DNA of 63,959 bases, counting the filler, from Trichomonas gallinae (Eukaryota): assembly GCA_008369845.1 (NCBI GenBank). It is 9 parts of 9 records of this genome, joined end to end, with 100 filler letters (N's around TTAATTAATTAA, not from the genome) between each part and the next. Parts side by side here need not be neighbours in the genome. Positions count along the whole stretch, not along the records: positions 1 to 25,600 come from MRSU01000292.1; 8 more parts are not named here. The stretch is one strand, 5' to 3'. This document shows, in pieces, positions 10,056 through 21,100 of the stretch. Numbering within the stretch: the first letter of the stretch is position 1; the number at the start of each line of letters is the position of its first letter. The translations under genes were made by a program, and so were the position numbers. The notes under the pieces were generated by a model that worked only from the letters and a program-made list of their open reading frames with translations, did no database searches and was not told where the DNA came from.

Positions 10056-10628
10056 TTATCTTTGAGAGTGTTTCTTAGTGTTAGCAACGAAACCAGCCTT
10101 GATCTGTTGAACTGTACGCTGAGCAGTGCAACGGTTGCATTTAATATATTGAAGTCTATTACCTTTCTCTAAGTATGTATCCATGCACTTGCAAACTGGG
10201 CACTGGACATATGTAACGAGATAGTTAAATATAAGCTTTTCGATCTGGTTAGATTGAAGACGGCCAGAAATAATCAAGCAGCCGGTGCCATCGATAGACG
10301 AATCTGTGTTCATTTCTGTGTTGATGTACTGCTTAAGGTGCTCTGTGCTTCTCTTAAGAGCATCGCATATAGTTGTGAAGTTAGAGACATGAGTCTTCTT
10401 ACCCTTACGAGTAACGTTAGGGCTTGGAAGTTTGATGTTAGTCTGGCGTGCATCGACATCTGGATTCTTGTTTTGCATTAAGTTGAATGCGCGGGATAAC
10501 AATTCTGGATATGTTGAGAGAATGTGCTTGCCTGTTGTGTTACGGAACTCTTCATCAACCTCAGTGCGGATGTGCCTGCGCTTTTTGATTGTATTTGGGT
10601 CGAATGTACCTAATATAGGAGCGGACAT
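10056..10628 (-). CDS. EIF2S2: Translation initiation factor eIF2 beta subunit
   Basis: YPELLSRAF, GKKTHVSNFTTICDALKRSTEHL, the zinc finger YVQCPVCK...KCNRCTAQRTVQQIKAGF. Confidence 0.92.
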   Translation of the reverse strand: MSAPILGTFDPNTIKKRRHIRTEVDEEFRNTTGKHILSTYPELLSRAFNLMQNKNPDVDARQTNIKLPSPNVTRKGKKTHVSNFTTICDALKRSTEHLKQYINTEMNTDSSIDGTGCLIISGRLQSNQIEKLIFNYLVTYVQCPVCKCMDTYLEKGNRLQYIKCNRCTAQRTVQQIKAGFVANTKKHSQR

Positions 10629-11785
10629 TTCTTAATAAAAAAATGGGCCATTTTTCGAAAATTTTTAGTCATCAAAGAAGGTCATATAATATTACTAAAA
10701 AATTCGCCTTCAAAAGACAAAAAAATTTATTGTGGTCCAGCTATTTTCGTCACTTTTAAGACTATTTTTCGTTTCTGACTTGTAAAATAGAATCTGACAT
10801 CCAAATCATCTTTTTTACTTGTTATTAAAATGGCATAATGTAGACATATATAGTTTCACTTTTTACTATATTACTTAAGTTCCTTCTCTTTTTTTTTTTT
10901 TCTCTTTCTTTTGAACAAATTTGATAAATTTTTGACAAAAACCGGTACAAATTGACACGTAAATCATACAAATTTCTTTTAAATAAGATAATTTGTCATG
11001 TAAAATATATGTATAAATTCTTGTCAAATTTATCATATCATTTTGCATAAGCTCTTATTACATTACATATAATTATATAGCATTTTGTATAGTAGTGTTG
11101 ACGTATGTTTTGATGTTAGATGAGAAAAATCTAAATTTTTTCCGTGTATTTTTCAATATCATTCTTCATCATTGTTATTTTGCTGTACTATTCATTGATC
11201 TGAAAATTTAGCGCATGTTTAAGTGAATCAATATATTTAATTGATTTGCAGGAGTTCAGCTATTTGTTTATAATTGTCATATGTATTGTTGCATTTGCAA
11301 ATGTTTTAACACAGTTGCAGTGCCTTAACTTTTTGTTTGGATTATTTAATTGGAAAAATTAACGATAATTCACACATCATAAAGATATATAGCATTACAT
11401 CATATGTAGTACATGCATTCATCACCTGTATTTGCATTTAGAAAATACGATAATATTTTTAAACCAATCAATCAAGGAACACATGTATATAAGCGGATAA
11501 CACTGTGCATATTGTTTTACTATTGTTACTCAACGAAAACGACTATCAATTACTTTTCGATTATTTCCTATATGTCAAAAATATCAGTTTTGACGCCCCT
11601 AATTAAAAAATCATAGACAGGTAGAGAAGAGCACAAAAAAGAGCTAAAATACAATGATTGTCATAGAAAAAAAAAATTCACTTTTTTTATCCAAAATCAA
11701 ATCATCTGTTTGGACAGTTAAAACATAAACAGGGTTATTAAGAGATAATTTATCCAAAAATAATAAAAATCTTTATTTTTTTGAG

Positions 11786-12799
11786 ATGAGTGATGATTTT
11801 TACAAGATTTTAGGGATATCATGCAACGCATCTCAAGAAGAAATAAGGAAACAATATAAGCGCCTCGCAATGGAGTTCCACCCGGACAAACATCCAGAAA
11901 ATGTTGATTTTTACACAAAAAAATTTGCCGATATCACAAATGCTTATAAAGTACTCATTGATAGTGAATCTAGGAAATACTATGACATGACATCTACGGC
12001 TCCTGGACGCAAAACGGGAGCTCGTCAACCTAGTTCATTCAATGGACGATCACAGCTTGATGACTTGTATGAACGATTCTACGGTCCTTCAAATGAAACA
12101 ACAAATTCCTTCGAAATACCATCTAGAGCCAAATATCCAGCACAAAGATCAAGGTCTTACTCAGAAGTGGAAAAGAATGCAACGAACTCAGTATTTAAAA
12201 CCTCAACCTCTGTTTCTTCATCACCGCTAGCACAATCAGGCTCTAAAGAACAAATTGCTAATTCCGACCTTCAAACTACTTTAACTGGCCCAATTGTCGT
12301 TAATGTTTATTGCACTCTCGAGGAGTTGAATGAAGGAACGCAGAAAATTTTCACCGTTACTCGATCACGTGATGGAATTATTGACAATAAGAATTGTACT
12401 GTGACATTATACCCAGGAATTGAAACTGGAATAGAAATAGTAGCTGCTGGTCAAGGAAATAAGGCTCATAACCAACCAGCAGATAATATTATTTTTAGAG
12501 TATGCGAAACCAAGCATTCAAGATTCAAACGTGTTGGAAATGATATCCATGAGACTATACATATCAGTTTGAAGCAAGCTTTGCTTGGTTTCACACTGAA
12601 TACAACAGATATCAAAGGAGAATTAATTAATAGAAATATAGAAGGAATTTCAGGCTCCGATCATACAGAAGTGATTTTTGGACGAGGGATGGTCATTCCT
12701 AAAACTGAGCAGCGCGGAAATTATATCATCAAAATCAAAATCGATCTTCCAAGCAAACTGACACCAGAACAACGCGCTGCTATTAGTACTTTATTCTAA
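11786..12799 (+). CDS. Class II DnaJ/Hsp40 co-chaperone
   Basis: J domain DFYKILG...FHPDK; C-terminal domain CTLEELNEG, HSRFKRVGND, ISLKQALLG, GRGM; no Zn finger. Confidence 0.92.
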   Translation: MSDDFYKILGISCNASQEEIRKQYKRLAMEFHPDKHPENVDFYTKKFADITNAYKVLIDSESRKYYDMTSTAPGRKTGARQPSSFNGRSQLDDLYERFYGPSNETTNSFEIPSRAKYPAQRSRSYSEVEKNATNSVFKTSTSVSSSPLAQSGSKEQIANSDLQTTLTGPIVVNVYCTLEELNEGTQKIFTVTRSRDGIIDNKNCTVTLYPGIETGIEIVAAGQGNKAHNQPADNIIFRVCETKHSRFKRVGNDIHETIHISLKQALLGFTLNTTDIKGELINRNIEGISGSDHTEVIFGRGMVIPKTEQRGNYIIKIKIDLPSKLTPEQRAAISTLF

Positions 12800-13057
12800 T
12801 TTATTTACATATTTATGTAGATAAAATTACGTTTTAATTGTAGTTCAAATAACTCAGCAAATTATTTGAAATTGATTTTGAAATGTTATGAAAATGTATT
12901 TAGCTGTTAATAAAGATTTATATGTATGTTTCTATCCCATTAATTAACCAGATATTTTTCTTTACATTTGGATAGTCACGAAAAAAATCATAAAATTGGA
13001 TGAATTAAAAGATTGTATAATGAAAATGATAATATAATTAAGTTTGATTATTTTTGC

Positions 13058-13178
13058 TTTTACAATGCAAAAATTTGGTTTTACACGACAAAATTAAGAT
13101 TTTATATGACATAAATTAGTTTTACATGACAAAGTTATTCAAAATAGAAAAAGAATTATTTTACATGACAAAAATTTT
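13058..13178 (+). promoter_or_regulatory. Phased TTTACAYGACA motif array
   Basis: Copies start at 13060 (degenerate), 13081, 13102, 13122 and 13161. The regulatory role is inferred from position upstream of the ATG at 13215. Confidence 0.55.
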
Positions 13179-13214
13179 GTTTTGATTCAAAATTGCGCTT
13201 TCTGAAAAGTGATA

Positions 13215-13757
13215 ATGAAAAGGCGCCCTTATACTCCTAGACTTACAGAGAAAATGCAGAATAGGCATAATAGACAAGCAAGCCCAGTCAAAACGTCTGT
13301 TCCAACTGCACAGAACAGTGATAGCGATGATGAATTCATTACATTATCTCACGAATATAAAAATAGGAAATATGGCATTTATTATGAGAACCAACATATT
13401 AAACAACTCAAAGAGAAGAAGAAACAGATGAAAGCAAAGTCTGCTTATATTTCTCAACAGAATTCGTTCAATGAATTACCTATAAAAGAAGAGAAAAATC
13501 TAGAACTTCATGGACAAAAAATTGTAGGAAAGTCTATAACGCACATTAGATCAAATATTTTCGATCAATATCCACCACATCAAGTTCCACACGATCTCAA
13601 AGTCGTTAATCCTGGTGCTCATCCATCACAAGTCGCATTTAAGGCAAGAATAGAAACATTAAAGAGGATTGAAGAGAGAAGAAATCCACCAGGAATCAAT
13701 TATAACGACATTATGCTTGCTTCCAGGGAATTACGAAGATTATCTTCTCTCAAATAA
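13215..13757 (+). CDS. Hypothetical basic protein
   Basis: 180-codon ORF from the first ATG, preceded by AAAGTGAT; no family recognised. Confidence 0.7.
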   Translation: MKRRPYTPRLTEKMQNRHNRQASPVKTSVPTAQNSDSDDEFITLSHEYKNRKYGIYYENQHIKQLKEKKKQMKAKSAYISQQNSFNELPIKEEKNLELHGQKIVGKSITHIRSNIFDQYPPHQVPHDLKVVNPGAHPSQVAFKARIETLKRIEERRNPPGINYNDIMLASRELRRLSSLK

Positions 13758-14052
13758 TATTATTATGACAAGATATCGACATTAGCTCTAAATTCGCCGA
13801 AAATGCAACTGTATGGATATCGATATTTGCATATTTCATTTTTAGCATTCGGAAATGCTACTATTGGAGATAGAAATATGTTTATATATCAGTCACAAAC
13901 ATGTATCATGTTCTTCCTCATTATTGAAGCGATCGAAAATATTATAGACGGAAAATTTCTCGATATTCTTGCTACTAAAATGATATACAATCATAGATTT
14001 AAATAATAAAAGAGAGAAACAGAACACTCATAATTAACCTTATTCATTTTCG

Positions 14053-14286
14053 ATGAACGAAAAAGTAAATTTAAGGCCTCTACAAGAGATCAAAGAACTA
14101 CGCATGCAGCTTCCACCATATGATTCGGCTCCTACTGTTAAAGAACTTACTGATCTTCAAACCGTTAATTATCCAGAAAATCTGAATTTAGAAAAAGCAA
14201 GACAAGACCTTCAACAAGAATTTTCTATTGATTCCCTAATCGAAAAACTTGACCCAGAACCAAAAACAAAAGAAGCAATTGCTTAA
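14053..14286 (+). CDS. Small hypothetical protein (77 aa)
   Basis: Inr-like TCATT 9 nt upstream of the ATG; charged, helical composition unlike the flanking AT-rich DNA. Confidence 0.6.
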   Translation: MNEKVNLRPLQEIKELRMQLPPYDSAPTVKELTDLQTVNYPENLNLEKARQDLQQEFSIDSLIEKLDPEPKTKEAIA

Positions 14287-14602
14287 ATTATTTCATTTCT
14301 CAATTTATATCAAAATTTATATTGCAAAGTATTTCATCCTCTACTGCTGTTGGTTTTCACTTAAATCCTAATGCAACAAAGGTTTTATTCTTAATATCAA
14401 AAATTGACTTCCAAAATACGGAATTGTTTATGTCAATAACCAATAATTTCCATGAAACATTGCTCAATTATTACTAAATATAGGTTTATTAAAACTGATT
14501 TTTTCATTCTTTTTATTTTGTCTTTTTTACACCTAAATCAATATCAAAAGTTTAAATATATCCTACTAAATAGTTGATATCGTAGTTGAAATCTCATTTC
14601 TG

Positions 14603-16024
14603 ATGAATGTAAAGAGATTATTTTCGATGCACTTTCAAAAAAAAATCGTTTCATTCATAATAATCACTGTAATTCTTTCTCTTTTTCTATTGTCATTACA
14701 ATACAGAGAAGTGAAGTCTTTTCCTTATCAAGTTGTTGATGATAATATAATATTTTCACCACCACAGCATTACAAACATATTAGATGGGAAATTAGAGCA
14801 AATGGAGCATTAGCGACAGATAGTTTAATGAAATATTGTACCTCTTCCCAATGCAAAATTCAATCAGTATTCGGAAGAAACCAATCTATTCATTTTTTCT
14901 ACAAAAACAAAGAAGCTTTCCGAAGCAAATTCGAAATAACCAATGGGAGATTCACTTGCTACGGATATAACTGGAGTAATCGAATTTGCAGATTTAAAGA
15001 TATATGTTTTGACAATGGAACACTAACACTTTTGGCACCTTACAAGGTTATACCAGAGCTTCCATTTGCAACTATTGGAGCGCGCACTCCACCTTATGAT
15101 CGTAAGAAAGATCGACAAATTGACTTTAACATTAACATTTCCACGCGTACTTTAGCACCGTCGCGACAAATTCTCGAAAATACTACTATATATACATCAG
15201 TTTTCCATAATTCGCATATGCTTTGGCATGTTTTATTTGATTTCACGCTTCCTCTGTTTCACACGATGCTTCAGCTCAATCTAGAGGATAAAATGCCAGA
15301 TGTTATAGTTACTCCTCACGGAGGCAAGATCAGTGACAAGCAATTCAAAAAGATCTTTAAATCTTTTACAAATTCTGTGTTTTATCTCAAAACCAATGCA
15401 TGCTACAGGGATTTAATACTCGGAATTACAAAAGTTAAGGAAAATGATGGGATAGATTATATGTTTCCCAAGAACTTCACGTATAAATTAGTTCAAAAAT
15501 TATATAATTACTTTAATTTAACAGAAATCAAGCTAGAAAAGCCTAGAGTTGTATTAATAAATAGGTTTGGCACACGGAAGATCGTGAATTCGCAAGAATT
15601 GTTAGAAGAATTAAGAAAATTATATCCAAAATATGATTTTGTAGAGATTTATCTAGAAAAAATGCCAATTGAATGGCAGATTTCCAATATATCTACATGT
15701 GATATACTCATTGGTGCGCATGGAAGCGGATTAGCGCATGTTGCATGGATGAAATCAGGAAAACAAATGATTGAAATATTTCCATATCAATTCAATTGCA
15801 AGAATTGGTATAAAAAAGCAGTAGATGTTTCTGGAGTCCAATATAGTTCATATATGCCAGAAAGTCCAGAAGAATCAGCAAATATAACAAATGGTATAGA
15901 AACATGCTGGGAGAAAAAAGACAGATGCGAAGGTAGATGCCATGATAAACTACGCGATCAAGATATACGCATTGATATCAAAAACTTTATCAAAAAGACA
16001 TCAAAAGTGTTCAAAAGGGGTTGA
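14603..16024 (+). CDS. Glycosyltransferase family 61 (DUF563), type II membrane protein
   Basis: N-terminal TM, CRFKDICF, NR..TRKIVN, DILIGAHGSGLAHVAWM and IEIFPY. Confidence 0.88.
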   Translation: MNVKRLFSMHFQKKIVSFIIITVILSLFLLSLQYREVKSFPYQVVDDNIIFSPPQHYKHIRWEIRANGALATDSLMKYCTSSQCKIQSVFGRNQSIHFFYKNKEAFRSKFEITNGRFTCYGYNWSNRICRFKDICFDNGTLTLLAPYKVIPELPFATIGARTPPYDRKKDRQIDFNINISTRTLAPSRQILENTTIYTSVFHNSHMLWHVLFDFTLPLFHTMLQLNLEDKMPDVIVTPHGGKISDKQFKKIFKSFTNSVFYLKTNACYRDLILGITKVKENDGIDYMFPKNFTYKLVQKLYNYFNLTEIKLEKPRVVLINRFGTRKIVNSQELLEELRKLYPKYDFVEIYLEKMPIEWQISNISTCDILIGAHGSGLAHVAWMKSGKQMIEIFPYQFNCKNWYKKAVDVSGVQYSSYMPESPEESANITNGIETCWEKKDRCEGRCHDKLRDQDIRIDIKNFIKKTSKVFKRG

Positions 16025-16460
16025 GATTTTAAAGAAGGGACTACAAAATAATTTAGGGCCTGATAATATTATTAAGGGGTTGTGATTTCAAAATATCTTA
16101 TGTTCCTTAAAAAATATTAAGGGGTCAAATTTTCAATGTATTTTAGAGCTCTTAAATATTATGAAGGGGTAATAATATCCAAATACCTTAGGGAATGTGC
16201 TTCCATATTAAGCTGTTGATACAGTATGGCCTTAAGGATCATATATAAGAATATGGAAGAATTAGAATTATTTGGGGTCTCAAATATTTATTAAGGGGTA
16301 AAAATTCAATATATTTTAGTGTCTTGATAGATTATAAAGGGGTTGGATCTTTTAGGGTCCGAAAAAATTATTAAGGGGTTAAAAATACAATGTATTTTAG
16401 GGTCTTGAAAGAATATGAAGGGGCTGAGCTATTTAGGGTCTGGAAATTTTTGGAAGGTGT
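16012..16460 (+). repeat. Degenerate minisatellite of TTTAGGGTC...ATTAAGGGGT units (36-45-bp period)
   Basis: AT(T/G/A)AAGGGG at 16071, 16116, 16161, 16290, 16334, 16370 and 16415, interleaved with TTTAG(G/A/T)G. Confidence 0.75.
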
Positions 16461-16463
16461 CAA

Positions 16464-17957
16464 ATGATCATTTTTAAAAATTTCGAAGAAGAAGGAGAAC
16501 AATTACCTGCTGATGTAGAGCAAATAGACAGTCTCAAGGCGGGGGCTGGTTTTATCGCAGAATTAAAGGCAAATATTTCAAATTCGATTCACAATGAAAA
16601 TTTTCCCGAATTAAATGTGCATGTAGACAAATTTTTCGAAATAACACGAGAACCACAAAATGAATTTGCTGCTGCTTTTGAGTCTGAAGGATCATTTACA
16701 GAAATAATACTTGATTCACTTCGAAACGAGCATCCAATCGAATTCATAGACAAAATTATCTTCGTATTGGTCAGATGGGTTAGATATCAAGATTACGACA
16801 ACGATTTGCTTTACACGCCAGATTTCGTTAATTATTTGATTTCGCTCTTACAAAATAACGAAATTGATATCATGATAAGGGGAAGAGTACTATGCTTGAT
16901 TGAAAACTTATCAATTCACAGATCTTCGATATTAGAATATTTAATACAAACAAATAACATCAATACTATCGAAAAATATTATTATTCTATGAATGATACA
17001 TATAATCATACTGATCCAATACCATACATTATCACAATGCTTATTCGGCTTCAATACAATGATATTGATTTTTACCTAAGATATCTGAATTTAATTCCTA
17101 CTTTTAAAAACCATTACAATGAGCCCATCTTATATTTCTATCTCAAATTTCTCAAAGATGTTCCAAACTCTCTTCCCCCTTTTTTCCAGTTGATGATAAG
17201 TTCGGAAATATATCTAACGGACTATCCAATGACAGCAGAGTTTTTCGAGATAATTAACTATTTATTTGATAATGCTGACGCTGACGATGTCTATAATTTG
17301 CTGCTTGGCTTTGACGAAAATATTGTAATTGAAAAATTCGACAACATTGACATCAATAGCGAGCATCAGAAAAAGATTATAGAAATCATAAAGTTTTTAG
17401 GCAACTATATAACGAAATTTGACTTGAAGGATGGTGTTGCTCCTAAAATCGGTAAGATTGTCGATACAATTACAAAAACTATCGGAGATTCAAATCTAGC
17501 AGTGCGCAAAGTTTATTCTGAGACCATTGATAAGATATTTTCATCACCAGATATCACGAAAATCGAATATATTGTATCTTACGAGTTATTGACTTCTATG
17601 TTTGAATTCTTTTTCAGTGATTCTCAGATATTGATAGAAATGGCATTTAAAACGTTCACCAAAATCATGACTCTCACGATGACTCATTTTAATATGATAA
17701 CTAGCATACCTATGAGGAACATTGACGACTTTTTAATGAGAAACGACCTAGAAGATGTGTTCGACACAGTTCAGGAGTTGACAGACGAAAAAACTAAAAA
17801 CGAAGATGTCGAAGAATTAGAAGCAATTATGAGAATATTCCAGGATACTTTCAATGAATTCACAAGCAGAATTGACGAATTGATTGAAAATAGAGAGCCT
17901 GCTCAAATTCAACTTTTGGTTAACGAAGAAGAAGACTTCAATGATATCATTATTTGA
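16464..17957 (+). CDS. Hypothetical acidic alpha-helical (ARM/HEAT-like) protein
   Basis: 497-aa uninterrupted ORF with amphipathic helical patterning; family not recognised. Confidence 0.75.
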   Translation: MIIFKNFEEEGEQLPADVEQIDSLKAGAGFIAELKANISNSIHNENFPELNVHVDKFFEITREPQNEFAAAFESEGSFTEIILDSLRNEHPIEFIDKIIFVLVRWVRYQDYDNDLLYTPDFVNYLISLLQNNEIDIMIRGRVLCLIENLSIHRSSILEYLIQTNNINTIEKYYYSMNDTYNHTDPIPYIITMLIRLQYNDIDFYLRYLNLIPTFKNHYNEPILYFYLKFLKDVPNSLPPFFQLMISSEIYLTDYPMTAEFFEIINYLFDNADADDVYNLLLGFDENIVIEKFDNIDINSEHQKKIIEIIKFLGNYITKFDLKDGVAPKIGKIVDTITKTIGDSNLAVRKVYSETIDKIFSSPDITKIEYIVSYELLTSMFEFFFSDSQILIEMAFKTFTKIMTLTMTHFNMITSIPMRNIDDFLMRNDLEDVFDTVQELTDEKTKNEDVEELEAIMRIFQDTFNEFTSRIDELIENREPAQIQLLVNEEEDFNDIII

Positions 17958-18144
17958 TATTAATAAATATTTGTTTGTATTTTTCTATCTATTAATTAAG
18001 TATTTTTATTTTAATCAAATTCCTTGCCTTATTTTCCAATATTTGATTAAATAAGAGAAATTCAAACATTCGAAGTAATAACAGTTGATTGATTTTAGTC
18101 TATTAATAAAAATTTAAAATAGTAGTTAATAATAAATACAAGAA

Positions 18145-21100
18145 TTAGTCGAGGGACTGCCACTCGTCATCGTCGTTTCTTTCGCGCTTTCTGATTGTTC
18201 CGAAGGTCTTCAGTGTGCGGACTTTTTTCCTCGTCTCTAACTTAGAAATCTGCTTCTCTGTTGACTGGACGGTTGTCTGCTTCTGCCTCTGTGATGCAGC
18301 ATTGAAGGCATCTTTGACAGCGAACTCGTCAATCTTTTTAACATCCTGGATAACATTGACAGCTGTAGAGACAATATCTTTGCCTCTCTGAACGTCTGTG
18401 CCAAAGTTCGATATGACAACAATTGCAATCTTGGCTGCAGCAGCTAAAATCTCATGCTTTTTTGGTAAAGAAGATTTTTCTATCGAAATAATTGCAAGTC
18501 TGATGAACTGCATGAAGACGACAACGTTATTGATGTCGTTTGCGCACAGTTCTTCCATTGTCTTGAAATCATCGCTTGAGACGACTTCTGCGCCGATCTC
18601 TGAGTCATCGATGAGCAAGTCAGCCAAGAAAACCATGCCACCCTTCATGAAGTTCTTCCATGCGAACTCGCTGATTACCTTTCTGTCGACATCGCCTTTA
18701 GCAAGCAATGCGCGCTTAGAAAGATCAAGGACAAACTGCAAATGATGGTGCTTCAAGTCTTCGTCTGCGTAAATTTTCTTTGTGAGCTTGGAAGCAGATG
18801 AAGTTGACTTTGAGAACAAAACAGCGAAGAAGGCAACAGCCTTCAGTGTATCAACGCTGTTGTTCTTGAGCTCCTTCAACACGTTGTCTGAAATCTCTTC
18901 TGCGAGATTATCAACTGCGTGTGCTGGTCCTTTCATAACTAAATGCGCCAATGATTCCAGCGAGAAAGTGCTCTTCAAGGCGAACTCAATGAGATGTTCC
19001 CAAGTCTCGTCGTTGCCTGGCTTGATTAAGCGAGAGCAAGACAGCAAGAAAGATGGGAGAGCGTAAGAAAGAAGCTGCGAGGAGAGTTGGCTGGCCTTGC
19101 GAACTGCTGAGATTGCGTTTGCGACGTTTTCTTCTGTGATTTCGTCATCATAGTACATAAAAGTTGCAGCGAGAGCTTCAAAAGCGGAAAGAATTCTCCA
19201 TGACTCAGTGCATGTCATGATTTCGCCGATGAAGAAATTTACCAAGTCAGCAATCTTGATGATATCGAGCTTGAAGTGGTGCTGGAGCCAAACAAATGAT
19301 GTTGTGAGTTCTCTGTAGAAATTCTCGTAGTCGAGTCTGAACTGGGCAACTTCACACCATGTTGGCTTTCCGCGCCACAGTGTCATTGAGTGCTTGATGA
19401 TTTCGCCGAAATCTGGGACGAGTTTCTCTGAGAAAGCAACAGTTAACTTGAAAACAGCTTCATTCTGACGAGCTATGCTGCATAAATGCGAAGAAATATT
19501 ATAATAAGCGAATGTCCTCTGCTTGCAGACTGCCAGACCATTAACGAAGCCCGTCAAAACAGTCATGAACTCCTCCGGGCGGTTCTTGAGGTTGTCGTAG
19601 TGGAATGACAAGAACTTGATGAGGAATGGACCGGAAAGTGCCAAATCGCTGTGGAAGCCGAATCTCACTGCGATCGCGAACTGTGAGTCATATAACTCTA
19701 AGAGCCTTGAGCCATCGTCTGTTATTACTCCTTCGAATTGAACAATGATCATATGCATCAACTGGAATGATAACTGAACAAGTTCTTCCTTGCCCGTTTC
19801 AATCGCTCTCGTTGTTGACGTCATCACATCATCGAGGCACTCAGTTAACAATGGCCTTGACTTGCTTAAGATTGGAAGCATCGTCTTGGCGACAGATAGT
19901 GCACAGTTTTTGACGAGATAATCCGCTTCGATTGTCGCGTCACCTGTGTTTGGAATTGCGCTGGCAGAAAGGATTGACTTGATGTGTCTGATCCATTGTG
20001 TGAGTCTCTGTCTGATGCTTTCATCGTCTTCGTGTCCGACTGCTTGTTCCGCGAAGACGTTTGCGACAGCGTTGACGAACTGGTCAGCACGTTTGTCGCC
20101 TGATCTCTGCAGAAGGATTAAAATTCTTGGGATATAGTTGAAGAAATCTGGATCGTTTGGTGATGGAACTTTGAGCATGTCAGCGAAAGCACCACAAGCG
20201 GCGAGTTGCAGTGGTATTGATGCCCCTTGGTGTGACGGGAATAATATTGGCTCTGGGTCAATCAAGTCTCTAGCAAAAGCGAAAACAGGCCTCAATATCC
20301 TGAACATGATCTGTGACGAGAATGGAATCTTTATCTGCCTGAATGCTTGAATGATCTGTCTGATGATTGGAACGACTGATGCTCTGGAGTCTTGTATCTC
20401 AGGAGAGATAATTGGCAAAATGTTCTGGAAGCAGAGAGAAAGATAGTAAAGGTTGAATGGGTTCAATATAACAGGAGAGTTCAAAATCTGTATAATAGCC
20501 TGGCATTGGATATCAGTGACTTTCATCGCGCTGAGCATAATAGAATGGCAGCTGTATAATACAGACAAAGCATGTAATGCGTATGGTGTCGCGTTCGTGT
20601 TCTTAGCGATGTCATTTAATTCATGCATCATTAATGAAATCAAGTTTTCGTCGAGTGATGCATGAGCAATTATTGCTGAGTAGATCAGACATTTAGTTCT
20701 GCTGCGCTGCTTCTGGAGAATCTGCACTACTTGGTTGATTGCTTCTATGTCATCTTTGACCCAGATACCGACGACTTCAGCTGATACTTGCTGCTGTATC
20801 AAGTCTGCATTATCATTCATCATTTCAATAAGAGAAACATGGATGCCTGATGGTAAAAGATTTCTAGTCTTCGGGTCGCTAACGATTGACAACAGAAGGT
20901 TGTGGCCCATCAGTGAGTTTTCGTAGCTGTGGAGGAGTCTGTCTATTAATATGCCTAGGGCGTTTTCTTCGAGAGCTGCAACGAGATTCGAGAAGTTTTC
21001 AATGGTGTAATAGTTGAATGGTGGAGTCGCGATTTTGTCGAAAATGATTTCGTAGTTATATTGCTTGAAAGTCAGTGGCTGAAGGAGATCAATAGATGAT

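Noticed and set aside
16012..16460. Telomere or canonical G-quadruplex
   Set aside because: TTTAGGG units are not contiguous, the region is internal, and G tracts are separated by long A/T spacers.
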